From: Candidatus Nomurabacteria bacterium
GTDB lineage: Bacteria; Patescibacteriota; Minisyncoccia; Phycocordibacterales; SBAW01
Length of the DNA: 64,000 nt
Reading direction: 5' to 3'
NCBI GenBank assembly: GCA_943356495.1
Contig: CALRFF010000002.1
Coordinates: forward strand, 99,826 to 163,825
A program made the translations under genes and the position numbers. This document shows positions 8,038 to 16,675 of this stretch, piece after piece. The notes under the pieces are model-generated. The model was not told where the DNA came from. It searched no databases and saw only the letters and a list, made by a program, of their open reading frames with translations. Position 1 is the first letter of the stretch, and the number at the start of each line of letters is the position of its first letter.

Positions 8038-8829
8038 ATGAACGATATATTTAAAGCAGGTCCGGTCAAATGGGCGGTCATTACTCTAACCGTGTTTTTG
8101 GGGCTTTTGTCGGTCGGTGCGCTTATGAACTTGCGCTACATCGGCGCGGGCGTCGCGGCGGCTAACACTATTTCTGTCTCCGGTTACGGCGAAGCCTTTG
8201 GCGCGCCGGACATCGCCACCTTTTACTTCTCGGTAGTCTCTGAAAAGTCGACTGTTGCAGCCGCGCAAGCGGACGCCACGGCTAAAATAAATGCCGTTAC
8301 CAAGTATCTTACCGACGCGGGTGTAGACAAAAAGGATATCCAAACCAGCGACTACTCGGTTAACCCGCAGTATGACTACATACAAGGCGTTTGCTCGGGC
8401 GGATACTGCCCGGGCGGCAAGCAGGTGCTTAAGGGCTACCAAGTGCGCCAGACCACCACTATTAAGGTCCGCGATACGGCTAAGGCCGGTGATCTTTTGG
8501 CCGGCGTAGGGGAAAAGGGCGCAACAGAAGTGTCGGGACTCAACTTTACTTTTGACGACCCGAACCAAATGCAAGACGACGCGCGCGGCAAAGCTATTGC
8601 CGATGCCAAAGCCAAGGCCGACGAGCTTGCTAAGCAGCTCGGGGTCCGGTTGGTGCGCGTAGTTTCCTTTAACGAAAACGGCGGCGGCTACCCATCGCCG
8701 ATGTACGCGCGCGACATGGCCTATGGCCTCGGCGGTGTAGCCAACGAAACCAAGGCGGTTGCTCCGGAAATCTCGATAGGCCAAAATAAAGTGACCAGCA
8801 CTGTCTCGGTAACCTACGAAATACGCTAA
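8038..8829 (+). CDS. SIMPL/DUF541 (YggE-like) periplasmic protein
   Basis: N-terminal TM followed by ISVSGYGEAFGAPDIATF, which is the SIMPL-domain signature. Confidence 0.65.
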   Translation: MNDIFKAGPVKWAVITLTVFLGLLSVGALMNLRYIGAGVAAANTISVSGYGEAFGAPDIATFYFSVVSEKSTVAAAQADATAKINAVTKYLTDAGVDKKDIQTSDYSVNPQYDYIQGVCSGGYCPGGKQVLKGYQVRQTTTIKVRDTAKAGDLLAGVGEKGATEVSGLNFTFDDPNQMQDDARGKAIADAKAKADELAKQLGVRLVRVVSFNENGGGYPSPMYARDMAYGLGGVANETKAVAPEISIGQNKVTSTVSVTYEIR

Positions 8830-8883
8830 ACCCCACCTTTTGGCGGGCAGGTTGACCAAAGCCTAAAAAAGAGTATAGTAAGA

Positions 8884-8908
8884 AAAAGCCCCCGGAAGGG
8901 GTTTTTTC
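8884..8908 (+). terminator. rho-independent terminator
   Basis: gcccccggaaggggc hairpin followed by TTTTTT. Confidence 0.6.
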
Positions 8909-8933
8909 TTAGGAAAATCACTCAATTAACGCC

Positions 8934-9104
8934 ATGTTTAACTATTTTAAAGAGGTGCGCGCCGAAATGAAGCATGTAAGCTGGCCGACCCGCCGCATGG
9001 TGGTCGTATATACCGCGGTCGTCGTTGCTATATCACTTAGCGTCGCGGTCTACTTGGGCCTTTTGGACTACGTCTTTACGGTGTTTATTAAACAGATCGT
9101 ATAA
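8934..9104 (+). CDS. secE: preprotein translocase subunit SecE (57 aa, below the ORF-track cutoff)
   Basis: MFNYFKEVRAEMKHVSWPTRRMVVVYTAVVVAISLSVAVYLGLLDYVFTVFIKQIV has a basic N-terminus and a single TM. It sits immediately upstream of nusG, the conserved secE-nusG-rplK order. Confidence 0.75.
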   Translation: MFNYFKEVRAEMKHVSWPTRRMVVVYTAVVVAISLSVAVYLGLLDYVFTVFIKQIV

Positions 9105-9118
9105 CCGTCACCAATCGT

Positions 9119-9670
9119 ATGAGTAAACAAGACACATCAGTCGGCCGCGCGTGGTACGCGATACACACCTACGCAGGGTATGAAAACGCGGTTGCCCGCA
9201 ACCTCAAACAGCGCATTGAGAGTCTTGGTCTTACCGACAAAATATTTCAGGTAGTAGTACCGACCGAACGTACGATAAAGATTAAGGGCGGCAAGCGCGT
9301 TGAGGAGGAGGAAAAGGTATACCCCGGCTACGTCTTGGTAGACATGATAGTGGACGACCAGTCGTGGTACGTCGTGCGCAACACTCCGCGCGTCACCGGC
9401 TTTGTAGGCTCGGGCGTTAATCCCGTGCCGCTTAAGGAGTCTGAGGTGGCGATATTGCTCGGCCGCATGCAGGCAACCGAGGGCAGTGTTAAACATGCTA
9501 TCGACCTCTCGGTGGGCGACCAAGTGACCATTGTTGACGGACCGTTTAAGGAGCTCGACGGCAAGGTGGGCGAGGTAGACGAGTCGCGCGGCAAGGTAAA
9601 AGTCTTGGTGGCGATGTTCGGCCGCGAGACGCCGGTGGAGTTGGACTTTTTGCAAGTAAAGCGCATATAA
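9119..9670 (+). CDS. nusG: transcription termination/antitermination factor NusG
   Basis: NGN domain (WYAIHTYAGYENAV) and C-terminal KOW (GDQVTIVDGPFKELDGKVGEVD). Confidence 0.9.
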   Translation: MSKQDTSVGRAWYAIHTYAGYENAVARNLKQRIESLGLTDKIFQVVVPTERTIKIKGGKRVEEEEKVYPGYVLVDMIVDDQSWYVVRNTPRVTGFVGSGVNPVPLKESEVAILLGRMQATEGSVKHAIDLSVGDQVTIVDGPFKELDGKVGEVDESRGKVKVLVAMFGRETPVELDFLQVKRI

Positions 9671-9694
9671 GCTATAGTCTCAATCTCAGAATAT

Positions 9695-10117
9695 ATGGCA
9701 AAGAAACTGGTTAAAAAGATAAAAATAATCGCCATGGGCGGCGCTGCCGCTATGACACCGGCCATGGGGCAGGTGCTGGGCCCGGCCGGCATTAACATCG
9801 GCGAATTTTTGAAGAAGTTTAACGACGCATCTAAAGAGATGCGCGGCGACATGGTGCCTGCGGTTATCAGCGTGTACGAGGACCGTTCGTACGACTTTGT
9901 ACTCCGCACGCCGCCGGCGTCGAGCCTTATCCTCAAAGCAATAGGTAAAGAAAAGGGGAGCGGTAAGCCTAATACTGGCAAAGTAGGCACCATTACCAAG
10001 GCGCAGGTTAAGGAAATCGCCGAGCGCAAAATGGTAGACCTTAACGCCCACACCATAGAAGAGGCGGTCAAAATTATCGCCGGCTCCTGTCGTAGTATGG
10101 GCGTAGACGTGAAGTAA
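9695..10117 (+). CDS. rplK: 50S ribosomal protein L11
   Basis: MAKKLVKKIKIIAMGGAAAMTPAMGQVLGPAGINIGEFLKKFN is the canonical L11 sequence. Confidence 0.95.
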   Translation: MAKKLVKKIKIIAMGGAAAMTPAMGQVLGPAGINIGEFLKKFNDASKEMRGDMVPAVISVYEDRSYDFVLRTPPASSLILKAIGKEKGSGKPNTGKVGTITKAQVKEIAERKMVDLNAHTIEEAVKIIAGSCRSMGVDVK

Positions 10118-10241
10118 CCGCCGATTCTTGCAAATTTCATACTTCTGTGCTACTATACGCCGCGGGTTTGTACCTGTGGCGTATTGCGTTTTGTAGCAAC
10201 CGCGTAACAACAATCATCAGACAACAAGCGGAGTTAAGCGA

Positions 10242-10658
10242 ATGAAGATTTACTTCGGCGGCGGCGTAGGCCATCGCCCCGGTCCGGTCGCCAAGCTGCT
10301 CGAGGCGCTCGCCCCCGTATTGCAGGGCCGTGGTCACACGGTGCTCAAATGCGGGCCGACGCCGACGGAAAGCGCGCTCTATGACGCCAACTTGGCGTGC
10401 ATTACGGCAAGCGACCTGTTTATCGCGCCGGTCGACGCTCCCACCATGGAGCTCGGCGCCGACTTGCAGGAAGCTATCCGTGTCGAAAAGCCGGTGCTGT
10501 GCATTACCGACGGCCGGAATCCTATCGCGTCGGCGTACCTTATCGGCGCCGACGCCGAGGGCGTTCTCGACCTCACGGCGTTCCGTGACGTCGACGATGC
10601 CGCCGAGAAGATCTGTGCCTTTGCGGTGATCGCGCAGGCACAGCGCGCGGCGGCGTAG
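10242..10658 (+). CDS. nucleoside 2-deoxyribosyltransferase-like (NDT-fold) protein
   Basis: MKIYFGGG N-terminus and PTMELGADLQEAIRVEKPVLCI resemble the NDT family Rossmann motif, including the catalytic Glu in an xELG context. The gene has very high GC. Confidence 0.45.
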   Translation: MKIYFGGGVGHRPGPVAKLLEALAPVLQGRGHTVLKCGPTPTESALYDANLACITASDLFIAPVDAPTMELGADLQEAIRVEKPVLCITDGRNPIASAYLIGADAEGVLDLTAFRDVDDAAEKICAFAVIAQAQRAAA

Positions 10659-10730
10659 TTGCGTTCGTAGCGTCAGTTTGTTGTGTTGGTTTGTAGTGCT
10701 GGTTGCGTCAGTTGTGTCGTGTAGGGCCCG

Positions 10731-10799
10731 GAGTAACTCCCGGGCCTTTTTCTTTTTAATAGTTAAAAAAGAACCCCGCGCCAATGGCGCGGGGTCGCA
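10731..10799. terminator. pair of bidirectional rho-independent terminators between convergent genes
   Basis: gcccggagtaactcccgggc followed by T-run on the plus strand. ccccgcgccaatggcgcgggg hairpin flanked by A-run upstream and T-run downstream, usable from the minus strand. Confidence 0.55.
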
Positions 10800-10801
10800 T
10801 A

Positions 10802-11536
10802 TTAACCGTAGAGCTCGGCGATACTTTTGTCGCAGCGCTTGTCGGTAAGGCTGAGGGCTCCTTCGATGCTCACAATGCTCTCGATGGCGTCCTCGGGCTT
10901 TTCGAAGTTGCGAGCCTCAATTTCCACGAATACGCGGTTTGCCGGCTGCTTGAGCAGGCCAACCTTGTAGACCACCACCTCGGCACTCCGGCCCAGAGCG
11001 TCCATGAGCTTCCAAAAATGGCCGCTCTGGTGGATGCAAAAGTGCTTGTGCTCCGCAAAAAGGCACACCGTCGACATGAAGGCACGCACATTCTGCACGT
11101 CGGCGTCGCGCAGGTCGAGGTCGAACTCGGCCCGTTGCTCGTTCTCGCCCTCCTTCATCTGCACTTTTACCGTAAGCTCGGAGAGCACGTTGGCAGAGAA
11201 ACGGTAGCGGAACGTCGCTTTGCCCCGCGGCCCCTGCAAGACCCAGTACTGGTCGATGCCGAGGAAAGGCTGGAACCGCCGTACCTGCAGATTGTGTTGC
11301 TGAAGCAAAGGGCCGATACGGCTCAGCGTCACGGTCATGCGGTGGTCGACGCTGTCGGTGCCGCCGACCTCGTATTTGCGCTCGATTTCGCGCTTCTTCG
11401 GCGGGATATCGGCGAGGTTAAACATGGCCCCCAGCTCGCCGTTGGTGCCACGGAAGAGCTGGTGCATCAGCGCCCGTCCCTCGGGGAAGAATGAGGTATC
11501 TGACGACATGACTGCCTCTTTATATGGTTTGTGCAA
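10802..11536 (-). CDS. CYTH-domain protein (triphosphate tunnel metalloenzyme / class IV adenylyl cyclase-like)
   Basis: N-terminal KKREIERKYEV matches the ExExK CYTH signature. Start codon is uncertain (M1 or the M at MSSDTSFF). Confidence 0.55.
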   Translation of the reverse strand: MHKPYKEAVMSSDTSFFPEGRALMHQLFRGTNGELGAMFNLADIPPKKREIERKYEVGGTDSVDHRMTVTLSRIGPLLQQHNLQVRRFQPFLGIDQYWVLQGPRGKATFRYRFSANVLSELTVKVQMKEGENEQRAEFDLDLRDADVQNVRAFMSTVCLFAEHKHFCIHQSGHFWKLMDALGRSAEVVVYKVGLLKQPANRVFVEIEARNFEKPEDAIESIVSIEGALSLTDKRCDKSIAELYG

Positions 11537-11572
11537 CTGCCGCCACTATACTCAAAGCCCGCGGGGAGTCAA

Positions 11573-12028
11573 TTATTTTTCCAAATCGATCCAGCGGTAC
11601 TGCAGCCCTTCGTGCTCGCGTGTTTCTTCTTTTATTTTTTTTGTAAATATATCTTCATAGGCGGGGAAGTAGGCGTCGGCCTCTTTAGTGTCGTCGATAA
11701 CCGTGAGATACAGGCGGTCGGCGTAGGGGAGCGCTTGTTCATAAATTTGCGCACCGCCGATGATAAATACTTCTTGCGTATCCAGTTTTTTTGCTTGCGC
11801 AATCGCGTCTTCGAGCGACAGCGAGGAGCGGCTTACCACTAAATTGGTGCGCCCCGGGAGTGGCTTGCCGATAGACTCAAAGGTCTTGCGGCCCATGATG
11901 ATAGGGTGGCCCATCGTGAGCGCCTTAAAGCGTTTGAGGTCATCGGGTATACGCCACAAAAGCTCATTGCCCGCCCCTAGCTCGCGGTTTTTGCCAATCG
12001 CGGCGATCATGCTGATACGTGGATTCAT
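11573..12028 (-). CDS. folA: dihydrofolate reductase
   Basis: MNPRISMIAAIGKNRELGAGNELLWRIPDDLKRFKALTMGHPIIMGRKTFESIG matches the DHFR signature. Start is placed at the internal Met. Confidence 0.85.
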   Translation of the reverse strand: MNPRISMIAAIGKNRELGAGNELLWRIPDDLKRFKALTMGHPIIMGRKTFESIGKPLPGRTNLVVSRSSLSLEDAIAQAKKLDTQEVFIIGGAQIYEQALPYADRLYLTVIDDTKEADAYFPAYEDIFTKKIKEETREHEGLQYRWIDLEK

Positions 12029-12060
12029 AAAAAAGCCCGTCCACAAGGGACGGGCTGCAG

Positions 12061-12888
12061 TTACTCGATCATTTTTGCGGCGATCGTCGGATGGCTTTCG
12101 TAATTCTCAAGTTTAATGTCGTCCATCGTAAAGCCGTCGATGTCTTTGACTTCCGGGTTAAGCCAGAGGGTGCAGAGCTTCATCGGTTCGCGGGGGAGTT
12201 GCTCTTTGACCGCATCAAAATGCTCGTGATAGATATGCGCGTCATTGAGCGTCAGGATGCACTCATGAGCAGTAGTGCCCGTTACCTGCGCCACCATATG
12301 GAGGAGGAGCGAGTAGGAGGCGATATTGAACGGCACCCCGAGGAACATGTCGCAACTGCGCTGGACCATATGGAGCGAGAGCTTGCCGTTGGCCACAAAG
12401 AACTGGAATAGCATGTGGCACGGCGGCAAGGCCATCTGGTCGATCTCGCCCGGATTCCACGCGCTGACGATGATACGGCGATTCGAGGGATCTTTTTTGA
12501 TCTTCTCTATCGCTTCTTTGAGCTGGTCGACGGTACGGCCGTCGGTGGTCTGCCAGCTGCGCCACTGCACGCCGTAGATGCGGCCCAAGTCGCCGTCGAA
12601 CTTCGCCTTCGGCTTCCAGTAGCTCGCTTGTGCATTGGCGGTCCAGATGGTTTTCTCCGAGCCGTTGAGTTCTTTGAGGCGGTTGTCGTCGTTGCTTCCT
12701 TCGAGAAACCACAAAAGCTCGCTTTTGACCGCTTTGAATGCGAGCTTCTTGGTCGTCATGGCGGGGAAGCCGTCGGCCATGTTGAAGCGCATCTGGTGCG
12801 CGAATATTGCGCGAGTCGTGGCATTGCGACCGACCCGGTCAACGCCCTCGTCCATAATTCGCTGCAATAGATCGTTGTAGATTTTCAT
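12061..12888 (-). CDS. thyA: thymidylate synthase
   Basis: The motifs LPPCH, SCQLYQ-like (SCDMFLGVPFNIASYSLL) and the ThyA C-terminus are present. Confidence 0.95.
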   Translation of the reverse strand: MKIYNDLLQRIMDEGVDRVGRNATTRAIFAHQMRFNMADGFPAMTTKKLAFKAVKSELLWFLEGSNDDNRLKELNGSEKTIWTANAQASYWKPKAKFDGDLGRIYGVQWRSWQTTDGRTVDQLKEAIEKIKKDPSNRRIIVSAWNPGEIDQMALPPCHMLFQFFVANGKLSLHMVQRSCDMFLGVPFNIASYSLLLHMVAQVTGTTAHECILTLNDAHIYHEHFDAVKEQLPREPMKLCTLWLNPEVKDIDGFTMDDIKLENYESHPTIAAKMIE

Positions 12889-12920
12889 GACTTTCTCCCT
12901 AGTGAGCTTCTAACTGAACG

Positions 12921-13595
12921 CTACTTTTTCTTGATGTCGCGGTCAAGGTAGAGGCGCGGCAACATGTCGGTGGGCTTCCAGTTCTTCTTTAGTTGGGCAA
13001 GCGAACCGCCGCTTTGGTATTTGCCGCCTTTGCCGTAGTCGCCCTCGAGTATGGGCCCTGTTTCAAAAAAGATAATTTGTGCGATGCGGCGGCCCACCAC
13101 AAGCGGTATGTAGTAATGGGTGGAGTTGTTGGTAATTTCCATGGTCCAGCGGTTGATATAGCCCACGTCGCCCCAGCCGGCGCATTTGCACACCTCGATA
13201 AAACTGCGGCCCAAGCTCGAGCGCGCCTTCATCATGGTGGTTATATGGTCGCGACCGCCGATAAACTCCTGCGTGTGGCCCAAAATTGTCTCGCCCGGAG
13301 CGAGCAAAATTATTTTATCGTTGGGCGAAATACCGTCGTACTCAAATTTATACTTGGCTAAAATTTCTTTAGCGGGCTTTGCCTGCTTGGCTTTGGTGCC
13401 CCACACACGCTCGATGTGCTGTTTGTCGTAGACGTTGTAGAGGTTTTGAAAATGTTTAGGCGTCTGCTCGGGGAAAAACCATTCTCCGAGTGTTACGTCG
13501 TAAGAGGATGTGGCCAAATTTTGTCGTTTAAACGGCGCTATCACAATAGACCCTTCTTTCATCGATTCCAGAATTTTTCGGTCGGAGAGTGCCAT
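12921..13595 (-). CDS. dcd: dCTP deaminase (dUTPase superfamily)
   Basis: MALSDRKILESMKEGSIVIAPF...LATSSYDVTLG matches the Dcd N-terminus consensus (ILSDRxI...PASYDL). Confidence 0.75.
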   Translation of the reverse strand: MALSDRKILESMKEGSIVIAPFKRQNLATSSYDVTLGEWFFPEQTPKHFQNLYNVYDKQHIERVWGTKAKQAKPAKEILAKYKFEYDGISPNDKIILLAPGETILGHTQEFIGGRDHITTMMKARSSLGRSFIEVCKCAGWGDVGYINRWTMEITNNSTHYYIPLVVGRRIAQIIFFETGPILEGDYGKGGKYQSGGSLAQLKKNWKPTDMLPRLYLDRDIKKK

Positions 13596-13643
13596 AGTCT
13601 TTTTTACTTCGAAACTGTAGCATGGAGAGGTAGCCGAAACACT

Positions 13644-14282
13644 ATGGACAAGCGCGGTAAATTTATTGTATTAGACGGCATGGACGGCTCCGGCAAGGGG
13701 ACGCAGCTTACACTCCTGCAAGAAAAGCTGGCAGGGCAGAACGTGCTCTTTACCCGCGAGCCGGGTGGCTCGCCCAAGGCCGAGGATATCCGCAAAATGA
13801 TTTTGCAAACCGGTGGTCCGGCAAGCAATGCGGTATGCGACTTCTTTTTATTTTGGGCGGCGCGGGGCTCGCACGTGCAAGACGTGGTCGCGCCCGCGCT
13901 CGAGCAGGGGACCCCTGTGCTCTGCGACCGCTACGACTCCTCGACTTACGCGTTCCAGATATTTGGCGAGCAGGCGCGGGAGGCCGAGTGGCTCAAGGGT
14001 ATGTTTGCGCAAATCCGCAACGGCCTACCTGCAGTGTACAAACCGGACCTGTATATAGTGCTCGACTTGCCCGCCGAGGTCGCCTTTGAGCGCCGAGCCA
14101 AGGACCAAGCGCAAGAAAAATCGAAGTTCGACATTAAGCCCTTGGAATATCACCAACGTGTGCGCGAAGGCTTTAAGCAATTCGCGGCCGAGTTCGGTTC
14201 CACGCAGTTTGTCGATGCCAACCGCACGCCCGAGGAGATGCACGCGGATATTTGGGGAATAGTTGAAAAAGCGCTAGGCTAA
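13644..14282 (+). CDS. tmk: thymidylate kinase
   Basis: Internal start MDKRGKFIVLDGMDGSGKGTQ (P-loop). The upstream extension in the ORF track is implausible because it overlaps the dcd promoter region. Confidence 0.85.
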   Translation: MDKRGKFIVLDGMDGSGKGTQLTLLQEKLAGQNVLFTREPGGSPKAEDIRKMILQTGGPASNAVCDFFLFWAARGSHVQDVVAPALEQGTPVLCDRYDSSTYAFQIFGEQAREAEWLKGMFAQIRNGLPAVYKPDLYIVLDLPAEVAFERRAKDQAQEKSKFDIKPLEYHQRVREGFKQFAAEFGSTQFVDANRTPEEMHADIWGIVEKALG

Positions 14283-14286
14283 CCAC

Positions 14287-15549
14287 ATGTACGAGTTTAT
14301 TAAAAAACAGGACGCCGAAGTTTTTGCAGCCCTTGCGGGCGAGGAGACCCGCGAGCAGGAGGGGTTGGAGCTCATTCCGTCCGAAAACTACGTCTCTAGC
14401 GCAGTGCGCGAGGCGCAAGGCTCGATACTTACCAACAAATATTCCGAAGGGTATCCCGGCAAGCGCTACTACGGCGGGCAAACGTACACCGATGTTGCTG
14501 AGACCCTGGCTATTGAACGCGCCAAAAAATTATTTGGGGCGGCATATGCCAACGTACAAACACACTCAGGCTCTAATGCCAATATTGCGATGTATATGGC
14601 ACTTTTGCAGCCGGGGGACACTGTGCTGGGTATGGATCTTTCGCACGGCGGCCACCTGACGCATGGGCACCCGGTTACCTACATCACCAAGTTCTTTAAC
14701 TTTGTGCGCTACAAGATGAAGGATCCGGAGACCGGAGAAATAGATTACGAAGAGATGCGCCGTGTGGCGCTCGAACATAAGCCAAAAATTGTGCTGGCAG
14801 GATTTTCGGCCTACAGTCGTGAGCTTAACTATCAAAAGTTCGTCGACATCGCGCGCGAAGTGGGCGCATACAGCGTTATCGACATCGCGCACATTGCGGG
14901 GCTTATTGCGGGCGGCGCGGTTAAGAATCCGTTTGACTACGGGTTTGATGTCATGACCTCGACCACGCACAAGACTCTTCGGGGTCCGCGCGGCGGGCTT
15001 ATCCTCACCCGCGAGAGCGAGGAAATCGCGAAGAAAATAGACAAAGCCGTGTTCCCGGGCCTGCAGGGCGGGCCGTTGATGCATGTTATTGCCGCCAAGG
15101 CGGTCGCCTTCGGCGAGGCGCTGCAGCCGCAGTTTAAAACCTACGCAGCGCAGGTGCTCAAAAATGCTAAGGCAATGGAGGTGGTGTTCCGCACTGCGGG
15201 TGTGCGCATGCTCGGCGGTGGCACCAGTAACCACCTTATTTTGGCCGATGTCTTCGGCTCGCTTGGCATTACCGGCCAAGAGGCGGAGAACGTGCTCGAC
15301 TCGGTGGGTATCACGCTCAACAAAAACGCCATTGCCGACGACACACGCAAGCCGATGGACCCTTCGGGTATCCGCTTCGGCACGCCGGCCATCACCACGC
15401 GCGGCTTTTCAGAGGGCGAGTGCACACGTGTCGCGGAGCTCATGCTCGAAGCCATGAAGCACAAGGTGGACGATGCCAAACTTGCCGCCATTCGCGAGGA
15501 AATCAAGGTGTTGGCGAAAAAATTCCCCGTTCCCGATTCGTTCGTCTAA
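14287..15549 (+). CDS. glyA: serine hydroxymethyltransferase
   Basis: LELIPSENYVSSAVREAQGSILTNKYSEGYPGKRYYGG and the PLP-lysine region TTHKTLRGPRGG are present. Confidence 0.95.
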   Translation: MYEFIKKQDAEVFAALAGEETREQEGLELIPSENYVSSAVREAQGSILTNKYSEGYPGKRYYGGQTYTDVAETLAIERAKKLFGAAYANVQTHSGSNANIAMYMALLQPGDTVLGMDLSHGGHLTHGHPVTYITKFFNFVRYKMKDPETGEIDYEEMRRVALEHKPKIVLAGFSAYSRELNYQKFVDIAREVGAYSVIDIAHIAGLIAGGAVKNPFDYGFDVMTSTTHKTLRGPRGGLILTRESEEIAKKIDKAVFPGLQGGPLMHVIAAKAVAFGEALQPQFKTYAAQVLKNAKAMEVVFRTAGVRMLGGGTSNHLILADVFGSLGITGQEAENVLDSVGITLNKNAIADDTRKPMDPSGIRFGTPAITTRGFSEGECTRVAELMLEAMKHKVDDAKLAAIREEIKVLAKKFPVPDSFV

Positions 15550-15567
15550 AAAGAGTACAATAGACGC

Positions 15568-16659
15568 ATGGACTTTAAGTCTACGCGGGCTTTTAAATGG
15601 TGGCGGCGGTATGAGCACCATCTGGGAGTAGGGGCCATACTTGTGGGCTTTTTCTTTGACCTACTGGTAGCCGACCGGCCGGACAGCGTTTTTAACAACC
15701 TGCTTCTGCTGTCGTATCTTTTTATCGCCGGTACTTTTATCGTCATACTTAACTTGCGCGAAACGCGGCGCAAAGAAAACACGAGCGCCGAGCCTTTGCT
15801 GTTGCTGCTTATGCTGCAGTTTTGCTTCGGCGGTTTGGCAAGTAATTTGCTGGTGCTCTACGGCCGCAGCGGCACGTTGGCGGGCAGTGCCGTGTTTTTA
15901 GGGCTGATGGGCGCGATGGTGCTCGGCAACGAGTACTTGCGCGGCCGATACACGCTGCTACGGTTTAATGTCGCGGTGTACTACTTTTTACTGCTGACGT
16001 ACTGCATTATCGCGGTGCCTACCTTTATCTTCCACTCCGTGGGGACGCTCGTGTTTCTTATGAGCGGGCTTATTAGTCTTGCGCTCATCGCCGTCTTTTT
16101 GGCGTTTTTGTACGGCACTGTGTTGCGTCGCTCGGGGGAGGCTCTGTACGGCGTGTCGATACTTATTGCCGTGGTATTTATTGTATTTAACGGATTGTAT
16201 TTTCTTAATGTTATTCCGCCGGTACCGCTGTCGCTCAAAGACATCGGTGTGTATCACTCGGTGTTAAAGCAGGGGAGCGGGGAGTATTTGGTTACGTACG
16301 AAAAGGCGCCGTGGTGGGCTTTTTGGCGCAGCACCAACGCGCGCTACACGCTCTCGTTGGGCGAAAGCGCCTTCTGCTTTTCATCCGTATTCGCGCCCAC
16401 AGGGCTTAGTACCGCCGTGTATCACCGGTGGGAGCAATATGACGAGAAGACCGGCGAGTGGCAGACCATGTCGCGCGTATCGTTTGAGATTTCCGGCGGG
16501 CGCGACGGCGGGTTTAGGGGTTGGAGCATGAAGTCGTCCCTGACTCCGGGGCAATGGCGCTGTGATGTAGAAACAGGCGGCGGCGCACTTATCGGCCGCG
16601 CTACCTTTGACGTGGTGCGAGCCTCGAGTACGCCGGCACTTTCGCAAACGACGCTGTAA
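15568..16659 (+). CDS. hypothetical polytopic membrane protein with C-terminal beta-rich soluble domain
   Basis: About 8 predicted TM helices followed by a roughly 150-aa hydrophilic domain. Confidence 0.45.
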   Translation: MDFKSTRAFKWWRRYEHHLGVGAILVGFFFDLLVADRPDSVFNNLLLLSYLFIAGTFIVILNLRETRRKENTSAEPLLLLLMLQFCFGGLASNLLVLYGRSGTLAGSAVFLGLMGAMVLGNEYLRGRYTLLRFNVAVYYFLLLTYCIIAVPTFIFHSVGTLVFLMSGLISLALIAVFLAFLYGTVLRRSGEALYGVSILIAVVFIVFNGLYFLNVIPPVPLSLKDIGVYHSVLKQGSGEYLVTYEKAPWWAFWRSTNARYTLSLGESAFCFSSVFAPTGLSTAVYHRWEQYDEKTGEWQTMSRVSFEISGGRDGGFRGWSMKSSLTPGQWRCDVETGGGALIGRATFDVVRASSTPALSQTTL

Positions 16660-16675
16660 GTGATACTCTAATTTC

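Noticed and set aside
13416-13643. Upstream extension of tmk (start at 13416)
   Set aside because: Overlaps the dcd 5' end and promoter region. The conserved Tmk N-terminus MDKRGKFIVLDG begins at 13644.
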